From TPA_inf: Saccharomyces (lineage: Eukaryota): a DNA stretch of 64,000 nt. Made by a program: the position numbers and the translations under genes. The notes under the pieces were generated by a model. The model ran no database searches, had not been told where the DNA came from, and saw only the letters and a program-made list of their open reading frames with translations. The stretch is taken from the NCBI GenBank assembly GCA_000146045.2, contig BK006946.2:1-64000 (forward strand). Reading direction: 5' to 3'. Below are positions 11,483-22,047 of this stretch, piece by piece (position 1 is the stretch's first letter; every line of letters starts with the position of its first letter).

Positions 11483-13174
11483 TTATTGTATATCTAGCTT
11501 ATAGGAAATAGGCTCTCGTGTCTCCTCACTAACGTAATCAGCAACACCGATGAATTTATTCCAAAATTTGTATACCTTCATCAAAGATAATTCCCAGATG
11601 TTCCTGGGTAAATCCAAATAGCTTCTATAAATAAATCTGAATGCTTCTAAAACGTTGTTAACTTCAGTATTCCAAGCTTTCTTCCATTTATTTACTGTAC
11701 CGTTAGAGGGCCTTGGAACTATTTCTGCTTTGGGCATTTTTAAATCATCAAATACATGTGATTGAGAATTGTTAGTCTTTTTCTTTCCTTCTTTAGTGGA
11801 ATTGATGTTCTCTATGGTGTAACGAATCGATTTGCCTGCCTCCTTCAAAATGTTGAAGAAGTTATTTTGGAAGAATGAGCTTAACCTGTTTTCAGAACCG
11901 TTTAACCTTTTCCCGTACATTTTTTCGAACATGTTAACAGATTCAATAGATTCAGATAATCTACCGAAAGTCTGTAATAGTGCAATCAACTCATATTTGG
12001 TTAACTTACCAACAATATGTTGTTTGGTGAATTCATCAGCGTCGTTGATTTCAAACAAAATTTTCAAGGCAGTTGCGTAACCGGTAGTTTGAATTTTGCC
12101 CCACAATCTACATCTATCACATTGCACACAATCCATAATCTTCGTGACATTCTTGAAGCGAGATCTGAATTCGTCCTTCAAAGTCAAACTTAGGTCGTTG
12201 GCAAAAACTAAGTCTTCGTTAAAAATTTTTGTGTCCAGCTGGGAAATAACGTTATCCATTTTGTTTTTGATTTCTTTATTGACTAGATCACAGAATGAAA
12301 ATTCTGGTAAATATGGTTGAATTTTCCAGAGAGCCTTAGCTACAACAGCATAATTGAAATACATGTTTGTCACTCTATCAGGAAAGTTCCCGATTCTTGC
12401 CATAAACAAATCCAGATTGGGCTCCCATTTACCAGTTTTCGTGTTCAAATATTCCTTTGATAAGTGAGTACCGATAGAGGCATGGAAACCGGATACAAGT
12501 CTATAAAATGCATCTTTGGCCAATGATTCACCAGTTTCGCCAATTGTAAAACAGTTGTCTTGGTAGATAGTAGACCAAATTTGACCAGCTTGCTTACCAC
12601 CATAACCTGTAAATCGTTCCGGATTTGCTGTTAAATCAATCAGAACGGCGTTTTTACCGTTAAAGTCATTTACATCACAGTAGTTGATGGTGTCTTCGAT
12701 ATCTACAGGTTTTTTACTGGTTTGACATAGTTGATCTAAGAACTTACATTCGTCATCGCTATCATCCGCTTCCTTCATTGTATCATTATTGAAACTACCC
12801 AAGATCTCAGGCTGCCAGTACTCAGGCAGTGTATCCCAGTCCTCTACGACATCAACAGAGCAAGCGCGGTTTAAGCACAGACCATCGTTGGCGTCCCAAA
12901 ATGAACATTGCTTGTATAAATCCAGCCGAAAGTATTTGAAGAAATCAGATTTTAATAACGCCGAAAGATCATCTCTAATGTTTTCATTTATGGCATTTAA
13001 TTCATTGAATGTTACGTTACAACTGGGACTAACGTGATCATTCCTGTCGACCTTACAAAAGTGAGTGTCATTAAAGGCATTTTGTGTTTGGTCGGTGGCG
13101 ATGTAGCTATTGTTTGAAGTTGCAGATGTAAAAGCCGTGAGGCACAGTGTGGCAATGGCGGTTCTTAATCTCAT
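11483..13174 (-). CDS. ERO1: ER thiol oxidase (endoplasmic oxidoreductin 1), 563 aa
   Basis: N-terminal signal peptide and the CxxCxxC active-site region (CVQCDRCRLWGK) are visible. The 563-aa length matches Ero1p. Confidence 0.9.
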   Translation of the reverse strand: MRLRTAIATLCLTAFTSATSNNSYIATDQTQNAFNDTHFCKVDRNDHVSPSCNVTFNELNAINENIRDDLSALLKSDFFKYFRLDLYKQCSFWDANDGLCLNRACSVDVVEDWDTLPEYWQPEILGSFNNDTMKEADDSDDECKFLDQLCQTSKKPVDIEDTINYCDVNDFNGKNAVLIDLTANPERFTGYGGKQAGQIWSTIYQDNCFTIGETGESLAKDAFYRLVSGFHASIGTHLSKEYLNTKTGKWEPNLDLFMARIGNFPDRVTNMYFNYAVVAKALWKIQPYLPEFSFCDLVNKEIKNKMDNVISQLDTKIFNEDLVFANDLSLTLKDEFRSRFKNVTKIMDCVQCDRCRLWGKIQTTGYATALKILFEINDADEFTKQHIVGKLTKYELIALLQTFGRLSESIESVNMFEKMYGKRLNGSENRLSSFFQNNFFNILKEAGKSIRYTIENINSTKEGKKKTNNSQSHVFDDLKMPKAEIVPRPSNGTVNKWKKAWNTEVNNVLEAFRFIYRSYLDLPRNIWELSLMKVYKFWNKFIGVADYVSEETREPISYKLDIQ

Positions 13175-14540
13175 GTTTTACCTGCACGTTACTGTGGTAT
13201 ATGCAATAAAATGTTTACACTCTTGAAATAGTATAACCAGTTTAAGTGGTAAACCTTTTCAAGCTCTTTATACTTAGCTTCAAGGATGATTGAACAAGTT
13301 TTTATGACACGTACTCCGTATCGTTTCTTTTTTGTTCTCTTCTTTTCTTTTTGTTCTTACTAACGCCCAAAGCCGGAAAAATGCGAAAAATTTCCAGGGT
13401 CTTCTATAAGAGAAACCAAAGGACAAAGGGAAAAGGACATACTTAGCAGGTAGCTCAATATTATTTGTTTAATTAGAACAGTCTTCTCTTTGTGTATGTC
13501 TTGTACCATTGTCTGTGGTATTCTCGATTTGTGTAGAATACATTTGCCATAAAATGTCAGTAGACCTTTTCTCTGATACGCAGTGAATATATCAATTCTC
13601 CTACATATCCTATTGTTCATTGAAAATATGAAAAGTAAGCATTACTCAATAGATAGATAAGAAAATGATCTCGTTTCAGTTGTGAATATGTTTCAGAAGA
13701 AATGTCTTGATAGTATTGGTAATGTAGGATGGGCAAACCATATGTAAGGTAGGTGGTTGGCAATTTACTTTTTTTGTGTTGCCAGTATGTATATATGCTT
13801 TTGGGGGGCCTTAATGTTTACCTTCAAGGTACGATATTTAGCAAGCATTTCTAGTTCTTTATGTGGTGAATAAGTAATGTGTGTGTGAACTATGGCTACT
13901 GGATGACTATATTCGGCATTAGTATTTAATAAGGGTACGACTCTGAAGTATCAGAGTTGCATCATTTCAGACACACTGGAGGGATCCTGTTATATATTTT
14001 GAAATAAATAATGTACAATTTTACGGGTGTACACAGCACAAAAAGGAACGTATTCTTACCGCCGTGTTCTTTCCATCACGAAAGTGACTTCATTGCGATG
14101 TATTTTTCAGCAAGAATTAAGGTAATAAGATCTCTTCACAAAGCTGACTCAAAAGGCCTACATAATGGCAGTAAGAAAAAGTAAACAGCGAGAAATAGTC
14201 AGATAAAAAACTAGATGGCGAATAGACGACATTTTAGAAGAAAAGTGTTTCAGCCTTTGGCCTCAAACCTCAGTGGCAGTCTTTCCCCTGATAAGGAATA
14301 GGAAGGCATGCAGCGATATATATGTTAGTTTTGCCTACGGGAATCCGGCAGCAATGTTATTTATTTTTGTTGTTTCTTATGATTTAATTATTATATACAG
14401 GTTCGTAAATATTGGCATGATAATGAGGAGAAGGTGGAACCAGCACACTACGTCGATGGAGGCCCTTAGAATATAGTGCAACACTTAAAAATGTAATCTA
14501 GTACTTTTTCTTCATTTTATTAGCACTGGGTTCTCGCAGT

Positions 14541-14753
14541 TTACTCGGTAGGAGGTGCAGTAGGACTTTGCAGTTGTTGATTGTCTTCTTCAAGTGCCTT
14601 TTGTTGGGTCACTTGTTGTTCGTACTTCTTACCGTTCATGTATAAAGTGTAAGCTAAGCCACCCGACATGTATAACGTACCACCAACCAACGTCAGTACC
14701 GTTAGACGATGTAATGTATCTGTAACTCTGGTATACCAAGCGTATTTGGACAT
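14541..14753 (-). CDS. COX14: Cytochrome c oxidase assembly factor, small mitochondrial membrane protein, 70 aa
   Basis: 70-aa [20 protein letters not shown]... with a single transmembrane segment. It lies between ERO1 and MSC1 as expected. Confidence 0.8.
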
Positions 14754-15134
14754 GACTATCTGCGTTCTATTTTTTGTTCTCTTCCTCTCACCATTGCCAA
14801 ACCGCTGTATAGATTTATGCTCCTTTCAATGCATTTATTCTGATCCTCTCCGATTTCGTATACCGGGTAACATTAATCGCAAGGAAGGAGAAGCAAAGCT
14901 CAGAAGTAAGGAAGAACTTCGAAATCTGCTTCCGAGAGTGAGGAAATAGTGTTTTCTAAAGAGTGTATTTCACAGTATGTAACATTATAAAGACAAAATA
15001 CTTACTTAAGCAAAGTTATATAGAAGTGACAACGTGTTTTTTCGTTTTGCTATTAGCTTGTCCATTTTACGGTAAAATATACGGATGAAAAGAAAAATTG
15101 GGGAGAAAAGTACATTACGTTGACACCCCAATCA

Positions 15135-16676
15135 TTAGTTGAACCCTAATATGCTTTTCGACCAGTTTTTAACGTTATGTAGGTACCTCTTGTAAGCAGG
15201 CTCCTTAACAGTGCCGAACAACCATTGCGTATTCTGCTTGGCCAAGTTGATTAAGTCGTCCTTCGTAGAAGTCTGTTTAACCGGAACACCGAATGATTTT
15301 AGGTACTGCAATAGGTCTTCTTGAGACCAGCTCTGAAAGGTATTTGACCAGGTCTTAGCGATTTGGTCCTTAGCATCATTTGTGTTTTTGGAAACCTTGT
15401 CAAAATCCTGCATAATTGTGGAGTAAGTCTGAGAATCTTGGAAGTCGTCCTTTTTGTCAGCAAACCAACCCTTTATGTCATCCAAAGACCAGTTACTGTT
15501 GTCAAAGTATTTTTGGTAGTCTTTTGGCAGGATCTTGAGTTTTTCGTTTCTGGATTTTTTGACTAATTCTCTCAATTGATGTTCAGTAGACAGCATTGAG
15601 TACTTAATACCACGAGCATCTAAAAACATTTTCAATTTGTCCTTTGGCCAAGAGTCTAGGCCAACCAAAAAAGTATCATTGATCACATTGTCAGTCTTAC
15701 CTCTGAACTTGGAGTACAAATTTGTGAGGAAATTTTTAGAAGAGTCCCAAACGGAACCAACGTATTCTGGGGTCTTGGTCAAAAATGGAGAAGACTCTCT
15801 TTTCATATAGTCCAGGTACCAGTAGATATCATCTTTCAAATTGGCAGAATTTTCTTTGGCCATTCTAACCAAATAGTCGTGTTTCTTGGCCATGTTCTTG
15901 TCAATATTGACCTTGTGGCTCTCCAACCAATTGGTTAACTGATCACTAGACCACTTGTCAAATACAGTGTCTTTTATTTGTCCCGATGTGTCTAATATTT
16001 GTTGGTGAGCCAAATCCAAGCTTTCTAGCAAACCCAGACGCTGCTGTTCTGCCTTTTCTGAAGTTCGGTAGATGTTTTCCTTGACTTTCTGAACTAGCTC
16101 GTCCTTGCTTTGAACTGCCTTGTCGTAGTCGATACCATTGTCATTCAACCAGTTTTGCAAATCTTTGGTTGACCAGCTATCAAAGTAAGAGCTAGAAGGA
16201 TAGTATCCCGACGACTTCAAAGATTTGGAAATCTTGTTGAAGTTCTCCTTAGCAGTCTTCACCAGCGAGTCCTTGGAAGCCTTAGCGTCGTCAACATCCA
16301 CGCCGTTTTTCTTCAAGAAGTTACGTAGACTGTCTGTGGACCAGGTGTCAAAGAGCCAGTCAGAAACTGGGTGATCCGAAGAACCAGTATAACCAAACCA
16401 TCCGGGGTTACTGTTGCTCACGCTACTGCTGTCACTAGACCACACCTGCCACCATGGTTTGGGCTGCGCGTGTTTGTCCCATACCTGCGATGCCTCCGTT
16501 TTCAAGTCCTCAATGGAGTCTGTAGCGTACTTTTCCAAGCTCTTCTTATTATCACGTAAATAATCGGCCAGGTCTTCCTGCGTCCACTTGTCGAACACTG
16601 AATCTGAATTGGCCAACACTAAGCCAATAAGCACAAATGATGCGGAAACCGCATTAACCAACTTGAATTGCTTCAT
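15135..16676 (-). CDS. MSC1: Meiotic sister-chromatid recombination protein, secreted/ER repeat protein, 513 aa
   Basis: The 513-aa ORF has an N-terminal signal-like segment and repeated WS(S)D..L..WL motifs. Position and length match YML128C. Confidence 0.8.
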   Translation of the reverse strand: MKQFKLVNAVSASFVLIGLVLANSDSVFDKWTQEDLADYLRDNKKSLEKYATDSIEDLKTEASQVWDKHAQPKPWWQVWSSDSSSVSNSNPGWFGYTGSSDHPVSDWLFDTWSTDSLRNFLKKNGVDVDDAKASKDSLVKTAKENFNKISKSLKSSGYYPSSSYFDSWSTKDLQNWLNDNGIDYDKAVQSKDELVQKVKENIYRTSEKAEQQRLGLLESLDLAHQQILDTSGQIKDTVFDKWSSDQLTNWLESHKVNIDKNMAKKHDYLVRMAKENSANLKDDIYWYLDYMKRESSPFLTKTPEYVGSVWDSSKNFLTNLYSKFRGKTDNVINDTFLVGLDSWPKDKLKMFLDARGIKYSMLSTEHQLRELVKKSRNEKLKILPKDYQKYFDNSNWSLDDIKGWFADKKDDFQDSQTYSTIMQDFDKVSKNTNDAKDQIAKTWSNTFQSWSQEDLLQYLKSFGVPVKQTSTKDDLINLAKQNTQWLFGTVKEPAYKRYLHNVKNWSKSILGFN

Positions 16677-17063
16677 CTTCTTCTCTTAATTAACAGTTCT
16701 TTTGTAGTTGTCTCCTCTTCTATTGCAGATCCTCTTCTAAACTCCGGTAATCTAATCATGCTAGGAATACGACTCCATGAGTGGCTTTAAATACCCTGTC
16801 GATCCCCTTTCACCGCCTCCTTGTTTCCTCCCTCTCCCTTATTTTCCTTCAGTTCCAAAGATCCCTTATTCTTCCCCTCTAAGGTGAGGCCGGCGTAATG
16901 CTGTTGCTTACCGACGTAATGGTGGAAAAGGTGAAAAAAGTGAAAATAGTGATATTCTTAGAGAAAAACGAAAACAACAAGTCGTGTCAAGAGGTAGTGT
17001 TTTGGGAAAGACGTCATAGAGAAAGGCAGAAAGCTTGTAAAGAAGTGGAAATAAAGATTGAAG

Positions 17064-18809
17064 ATGAACTCGTTAGCTTCAAACACACCGCTAAATGGTA
17101 CTCCAGTAAGCGAGGCACCCGCCACAAGCTCCGAGCCTGTGAACATGTTCGAGACAATGGTGGCTAACCCTATTAAAGTGTCTCGATTACAGTCTAATGG
17201 AGTTCTGACGGGACCTGCAGCCAATACTAAGTCCATCCACTATTCGCTGGCCAATTTTAATGTGTTCCAGTCGCTACCCAAGGAAACGGCCAGAGGTGTA
17301 GACGATTTGACGAGGATGGAGATGGCGTTACTGAGTGGGATACCGGAGGAGATTAAGTGGTCTTTAAAAAAATATCTTACGTATAGTAACAAGGCGCCAT
17401 ATATGATCAGCTTACGGACATTGCCGGACCTGTTGCCACTTTTCAAGACTTTCATATTGCCTTTGGAGCGCATCGTGGAAGGTCTTAACAAATCGTCTAT
17501 ATGTGATTCAAAGGCGATGGATTCTCTACAAATGGGTCTAAATGCCTTGCTGATCCTAAGGAATCTGGCTCAAGATACTGATTCGGTGCAGATACTAGTC
17601 AAGGATCGAGAAATCAAATCTTTCATTCTTTTCATTTTGAAGAAGTTTCAGTGCGTCGCTACAGGCGATAACAAGTGGCAATTGTACGAAGGAAATGCAA
17701 CTTTTTTTAACGAGTTGACCCATTATACTCTGGACTTGATGGAGGCCATTTCGTCCTATATTGCTCCTGCAATGAAGGATGATCATTATTTCCAAACGCT
17801 GGTGTCCATCTTGAACTACACTAAGGACAGATACATGGTTATTTCTATATTGAGGTCTCTTTCAAGATTACTGGTTAGGTCCAAAGCTAACGAGGAAAGT
17901 GCAGCGGACAATTTGGACCATAAGACTCTTTCGTTGATCGTTTCCTTTTTACTGTTAGAATGCGATAGTGAGCTGATTATTGCTTCGTTGGATTTCCTCT
18001 ATCAATACATTTTGCCCGGTTCTCAAAGAATCACTGAGTTATTCAAGAGTAAGGAGTGCTCTTTGATACTGGAAGCCACGCTGCCTAATTTATTATCATA
18101 TAATATCGCCACACCAGATTACCATCTTTTGCAAAAGCACAAAATTAGGTTGATTAAAAGGTTGAAGCCTCCCGCTCCAAAGGAGCCTCCCAATTTATCT
18201 GAGGATCTGTTTCAACAACTTTTCAAACTTAACGAGCCCTTGAGGTCAACCGCTTGGTTGAGATGTTGCTTTGAGCCTGTACAAGAAGCAGAATTTACAC
18301 AAATATCGCTTTGGAGATCCTACGAATCCAAATTTGGTCAGCCTGTTCGCGAATCCGGACGCAAATTGTTACCTGCCGTGGAATTCATCAAGAATGTCTC
18401 GAATGCTTTCAATAACGCCGCTGCTATCGTAATCACTGACCCGGTAACCGGCAAGAAAAGGTTTGTTATCAAGGGCATTCAACCAAGATTTAAAGCTTTG
18501 GGTATTGCAGACGGGGAAAGAGAATCCCAGGTACCCATTTCGGCACTAAAATCCAAATTTTTGAATGACTCTAAGGAAATTACACCTGCAAGACAAAACA
18601 GCATACCAGAGGTCAAATTCCCTCAAGAACTCTCAGATGTTTCTAAAGTGGCCTGTACGTTTTTGTGCCTTTTATCCAACGACACGGATGATGGTGCTGG
18701 TTCCGCATTTTGTCAACGCATCAGGCCACTGGTTCTACATAAATTGGCTGATATTCCACCTTTAACATTAGCATTGTCTGAATACATGGAAAACACGTCG
18801 GGGTTATGA
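17064..18809 (+). CDS. RSC9: RSC chromatin-remodelling complex subunit, 581 aa
   Basis: The ORF-track start at 17058 is a TTG alternative start codon. The first ATG, at 17064, gives [12 protein letters not shown]... and 581 aa, which matches Rsc9p. Confidence 0.85.
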
Positions 18810-19059
18810 ATGAGAAAAAAAATCGGTTGGGCTTAACTTTAAAGAAAAAAGTTGAGATTAGATTTATTGTGTTATAAATATAGATATACAATTCTTTATA
18901 AAAAAAATATATATATATATCATTGTTATTAAATAAAGAGTTTTCCTAGTATATAGATTAAAAAACTACTCTATTAAATGAGAGCTAAAAAAAGCAGGCT
19001 GCCAAAAAAATAAAGCATTTATGAAGGGGGTTCAGCAAGATGCAATCGATGGGGGAAGA

Positions 19060-20535
19060 TTATTTTTTAACATCGTAAGATCTTCTAAATTTGTCATCGA
19101 TGTTGGTCAAGTAGTAAACACCACTTTGCAAATGCTCAATGGAACCTTGAGGTTTGAAGTTCTTCTTCAAATGGGCATTTTCTCTCAATTCGATGGCAGC
19201 TTCGTAATCCTTTGGAGTTTCGGTGATTCTCTTGGCTAATTTGTTAGTAATATCTAATTCCTTGATAATATGTTGGACGTCACCAACAATTTTGCAAGAA
19301 TATAGAGATGCAGCTAAACCGGAACCGTAAGAAAATAAACCAACACGCTTGCCTTGTAAGTCGTCAGATCCAACATAGTTTAATAGAGATGCAAAGGCGG
19401 CATAAACAGATGCGGTGTACATGTTACCTGTGTTTGTTGGAACAATCAAAGATTGGGCAACTCTCTCTTTGTGGAATGGCTTAGCAACATTAACAAAAGT
19501 TTTTTCAATGTTCTTATCGGTTAAAGATTCGTCATAATCGCGAGTAGCTAATTCGGCGTCAACTTCTGGGAACAATTGAGGATTGGCTCTGAAATCGTTA
19601 TATAGTAATCTACCGTATGATTTTGTGACCAATTTACAGGTTGGAACATGGAAAACGTTGTAGTCGAAATATTTCAAAACGTTCAAAGCATCCGAACCAG
19701 CGGGATCGCTAACCAACCCTTTAGAAATAGCCTTCTTGGAATAACTCTTGTAAACTTGATCAAGAGCCTTGACGTAACAAGTTAATGAAAAATGACCATC
19801 GACGTAAGGATATTCGCTGGTGAAATCTGGCTTGTAAAAATCGTAGGCGTGTTCCATGTAAGAAGCTCTTACAGAGTCAAATACAATTGGAGCATCAGGA
19901 CCGATCCACATAGCAACAGTACCGGCACCACCGGTTGGTCTTGCGGCACCCTTATCGTAGATGGCAATATCACCGCAAACTACAATGGCGTCTCTACCAT
20001 CCCATGCGTTAGATTCAATCCAGTTCAAAGAGTTGAACAACGCGTTGGTACCACCGTAACAGGCATTAAGCGTGTCAATACCTTCGACGTCAGTGTTTTC
20101 ACCAAACAATTGCATCAAGACAGACTTGACAGACTTGGACTTGTCAATCAGAGTTTCAGTACCGACTTCTAATCTACCAATTTTGTTGGTGTCGATGTTG
20201 TAACTCTTGATCAACTTAGACAAAACAGTTAGGGACATCGAGTAGATATCTTCTCTGTCATTGACAAAAGACATGTTGGTTTGGCCCAGACCAATTGTGT
20301 ATTTACCTTGAGAAACGCCATCAAATTTCTCTAGCTCAGATTGGTTGACACATTGAGTTGGGATGTAAATTTGGATACCTTTAATACCGACATTTTGAGG
20401 TCTGGTTTTTTGTTCAGCGGTCTTTTGTTTTTTTAGTTCAGTCATTTGCAAGTTTGTATTGTGTAATTGTTGTTGCTTTTGCGGCCTAAGTCTTCCTTTA
20501 ATACCACACCAACAAAGTTTAGTTGAGAGTTTCAT
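19060..20535 (-). CDS. ERG13: 3-hydroxy-3-methylglutaryl-CoA synthase (mevalonate/ergosterol pathway), 491 aa
   Basis: HMG-CoA synthase family signatures are present: catalytic-Cys region NACYGGT and the GSGLAA segment. Length is 491 aa. Confidence 0.9.
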   Translation of the reverse strand: MKLSTKLCWCGIKGRLRPQKQQQLHNTNLQMTELKKQKTAEQKTRPQNVGIKGIQIYIPTQCVNQSELEKFDGVSQGKYTIGLGQTNMSFVNDREDIYSMSLTVLSKLIKSYNIDTNKIGRLEVGTETLIDKSKSVKSVLMQLFGENTDVEGIDTLNACYGGTNALFNSLNWIESNAWDGRDAIVVCGDIAIYDKGAARPTGGAGTVAMWIGPDAPIVFDSVRASYMEHAYDFYKPDFTSEYPYVDGHFSLTCYVKALDQVYKSYSKKAISKGLVSDPAGSDALNVLKYFDYNVFHVPTCKLVTKSYGRLLYNDFRANPQLFPEVDAELATRDYDESLTDKNIEKTFVNVAKPFHKERVAQSLIVPTNTGNMYTASVYAAFASLLNYVGSDDLQGKRVGLFSYGSGLAASLYSCKIVGDVQHIIKELDITNKLAKRITETPKDYEAAIELRENAHLKKNFKPQGSIEHLQSGVYYLTNIDDKFRRSYDVKK

Positions 20536-20629
20536 GCTGCACCTTTTATAGTAATTTGGCTACGAAAATTGGCGAGGCACCCAAACAGTTCCGCCCGATG
20601 AGGCCGAATGGAGCCTACTTTCAACACAC

Positions 20630-20636
20630 TCGTATA
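20630..20636 (+). promoter_or_regulatory. Candidate sterol regulatory element (TCGTATA, Upc2/Ecm22 core) about 95 bp upstream of the ERG13 ATG
   Basis: Exact heptamer tcgtata at 20630-20636. The ERG13 ATG is at 20535 on the minus strand. Confidence 0.4.
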
Positions 20637-20760
20637 ATTAATAGCCCGGTTCATTTTCGACACGATACCGCAGCCATGGAGATTGTGGGTATGATTACTC
20701 TATAGTATTATGTAATATTGTATGGAAAATTTTTCTATTGTATATACGAAGCTTATTCCG

Positions 20761-21699
20761 TTAAAAGACGAAGACTTGATCGTCGCCAGAACTTCTCGTT
20801 GAATTGACCTTCCAGCCCAGTTCTTTAGCGTATTGAAGGGCCAAGTTGTTCATTCCATCAGGTCCACAGATCAAGAGTCTGTTATCCTCCGAATATTCCG
20901 GCAGATACCTGTTCATCTGGTCCTTGGTGATGTAGCCGACATCTCCGGTCCATCTGTCGGATGGATAGTGTACCACGTAATGGACCTGGAAATGTGGGTA
21001 TTTTTCGGCCATCTCATCCAGTTCGTCCTTCAATAGAATGTCATTTTCAGTCTCATTGGCATATAGCAGGGAGACTTTCGTCAAATCTTCAGGAACGGTG
21101 ATGATTTCATTCAAGATCTGTAGGACTGGCGTGATACCAGAACCACCGGCTACGATACCTAAATGCTTGGAGGAATTTGGTTCGTAGTTCAAAGTACCTA
21201 TTGGCCCCTTGAAATCCACGGTGTCACCAGAATTTAAGCCAGCGAAATATTTGGAGACTTTACCATCAACGTATGCTTTCACCACCAAATCCAAGTATCC
21301 ACTTTCTAGTTTAGAACTGATCGGATTATAGTATCTGACCTCTTGTTTGCCGTCAATTGGAACGCGTACAGCAACATGATGACCAGCGGGAATGTCCAAG
21401 CTTTCCAGTCTTGTCTTCAACTTAAAACGATACAGGGCGGTATTCTTGGAAATTATGGTTTGATCTTCCAATTCTAACGAAGTCCACCTATCTGGATACA
21501 GTGATCTTCTTCTTTTGTAGGCAGAGTATGCTCTGACGAAGATGATCATGAAGAGAATGGGTAAACTCCACAGGATTTTCAATTCACCAGACATATACGT
21601 GGTGATTGCAACACCAACAACGAATAGCGCGGCAGGAATATAGATCCCGTGGACAGGTTCGTCTAGAATGTTAGTTCCTTCTATGTCTTCTTTTGACAT
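20761..21699 (-). CDS. PGA3: Putative NADH-cytochrome b5 reductase family flavoprotein, 312 aa
   Basis: The ORF-track start at 21768 is a TTG alternative start. The first ATG, at 21699, gives MSKEDIEGTN..., an N-terminal TM segment, an FAD-binding RxYxxxS-like region and the NAD-binding GGSGITP motif. Confidence 0.8.
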   Translation of the reverse strand: MSKEDIEGTNILDEPVHGIYIPAALFVVGVAITTYMSGELKILWSLPILFMIIFVRAYSAYKRRRSLYPDRWTSLELEDQTIISKNTALYRFKLKTRLESLDIPAGHHVAVRVPIDGKQEVRYYNPISSKLESGYLDLVVKAYVDGKVSKYFAGLNSGDTVDFKGPIGTLNYEPNSSKHLGIVAGGSGITPVLQILNEIITVPEDLTKVSLLYANETENDILLKDELDEMAEKYPHFQVHYVVHYPSDRWTGDVGYITKDQMNRYLPEYSEDNRLLICGPDGMNNLALQYAKELGWKVNSTRSSGDDQVFVF

Positions 21700-21936
21700 T
21701 TTCTTCACGCGGTTCTTGGAGTGCTTCCTTTTTTGTGATAAGTTTGGGTGGCAACGAGATGAGCTCAAAACTCTTTGTTTTTTATGGGTATTTTTGTCTT
21801 AGAATATTTTCAAATTTTTCAATATTCCGCGGAACATAGGGAAAAAAATAAATTTAATAAGCTATTGTTCTAACTGTACACCTAAAGGTAAGTGAAAAAT
21901 AATTCGATAATTAGAGGTATCTTTATTTGGATAGAA

Positions 21937-22004
21937 TATGCATATATATATATAAGCGTATATATATATATATATATATATGTATATACATATGGACATT
22001 AAGT
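21937..22004. repeat. (TA)n / (CATATA)-like microsatellite in the PGA3-TUB3 intergenic region
   Basis: atatgcatatatatatataagcgtatatatatatatatatatatgtatatacatatg. Confidence 0.9.
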
Positions 22005-22047
22005 AAATATAAATCTATAAGTGGGTATCGGGATCAGAGCCACTTTC

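Noticed and set aside
17058-17063. MK extension at the RSC9 start, and the TTG-initiated YML108W extension (54742-54792)
   Set aside because: Both come from TTG alternative-start codons in the ORF track. The first ATGs, at 17064 and 54793, give the expected protein lengths.
21700-21768. 23-codon extension of PGA3 (MSSSRCHPNLSQKRKHSKNRVKK)
   Set aside because: It begins with TTG on the minus strand (plus-strand caa at 21766-21768). The genuine ATG is at 21699.
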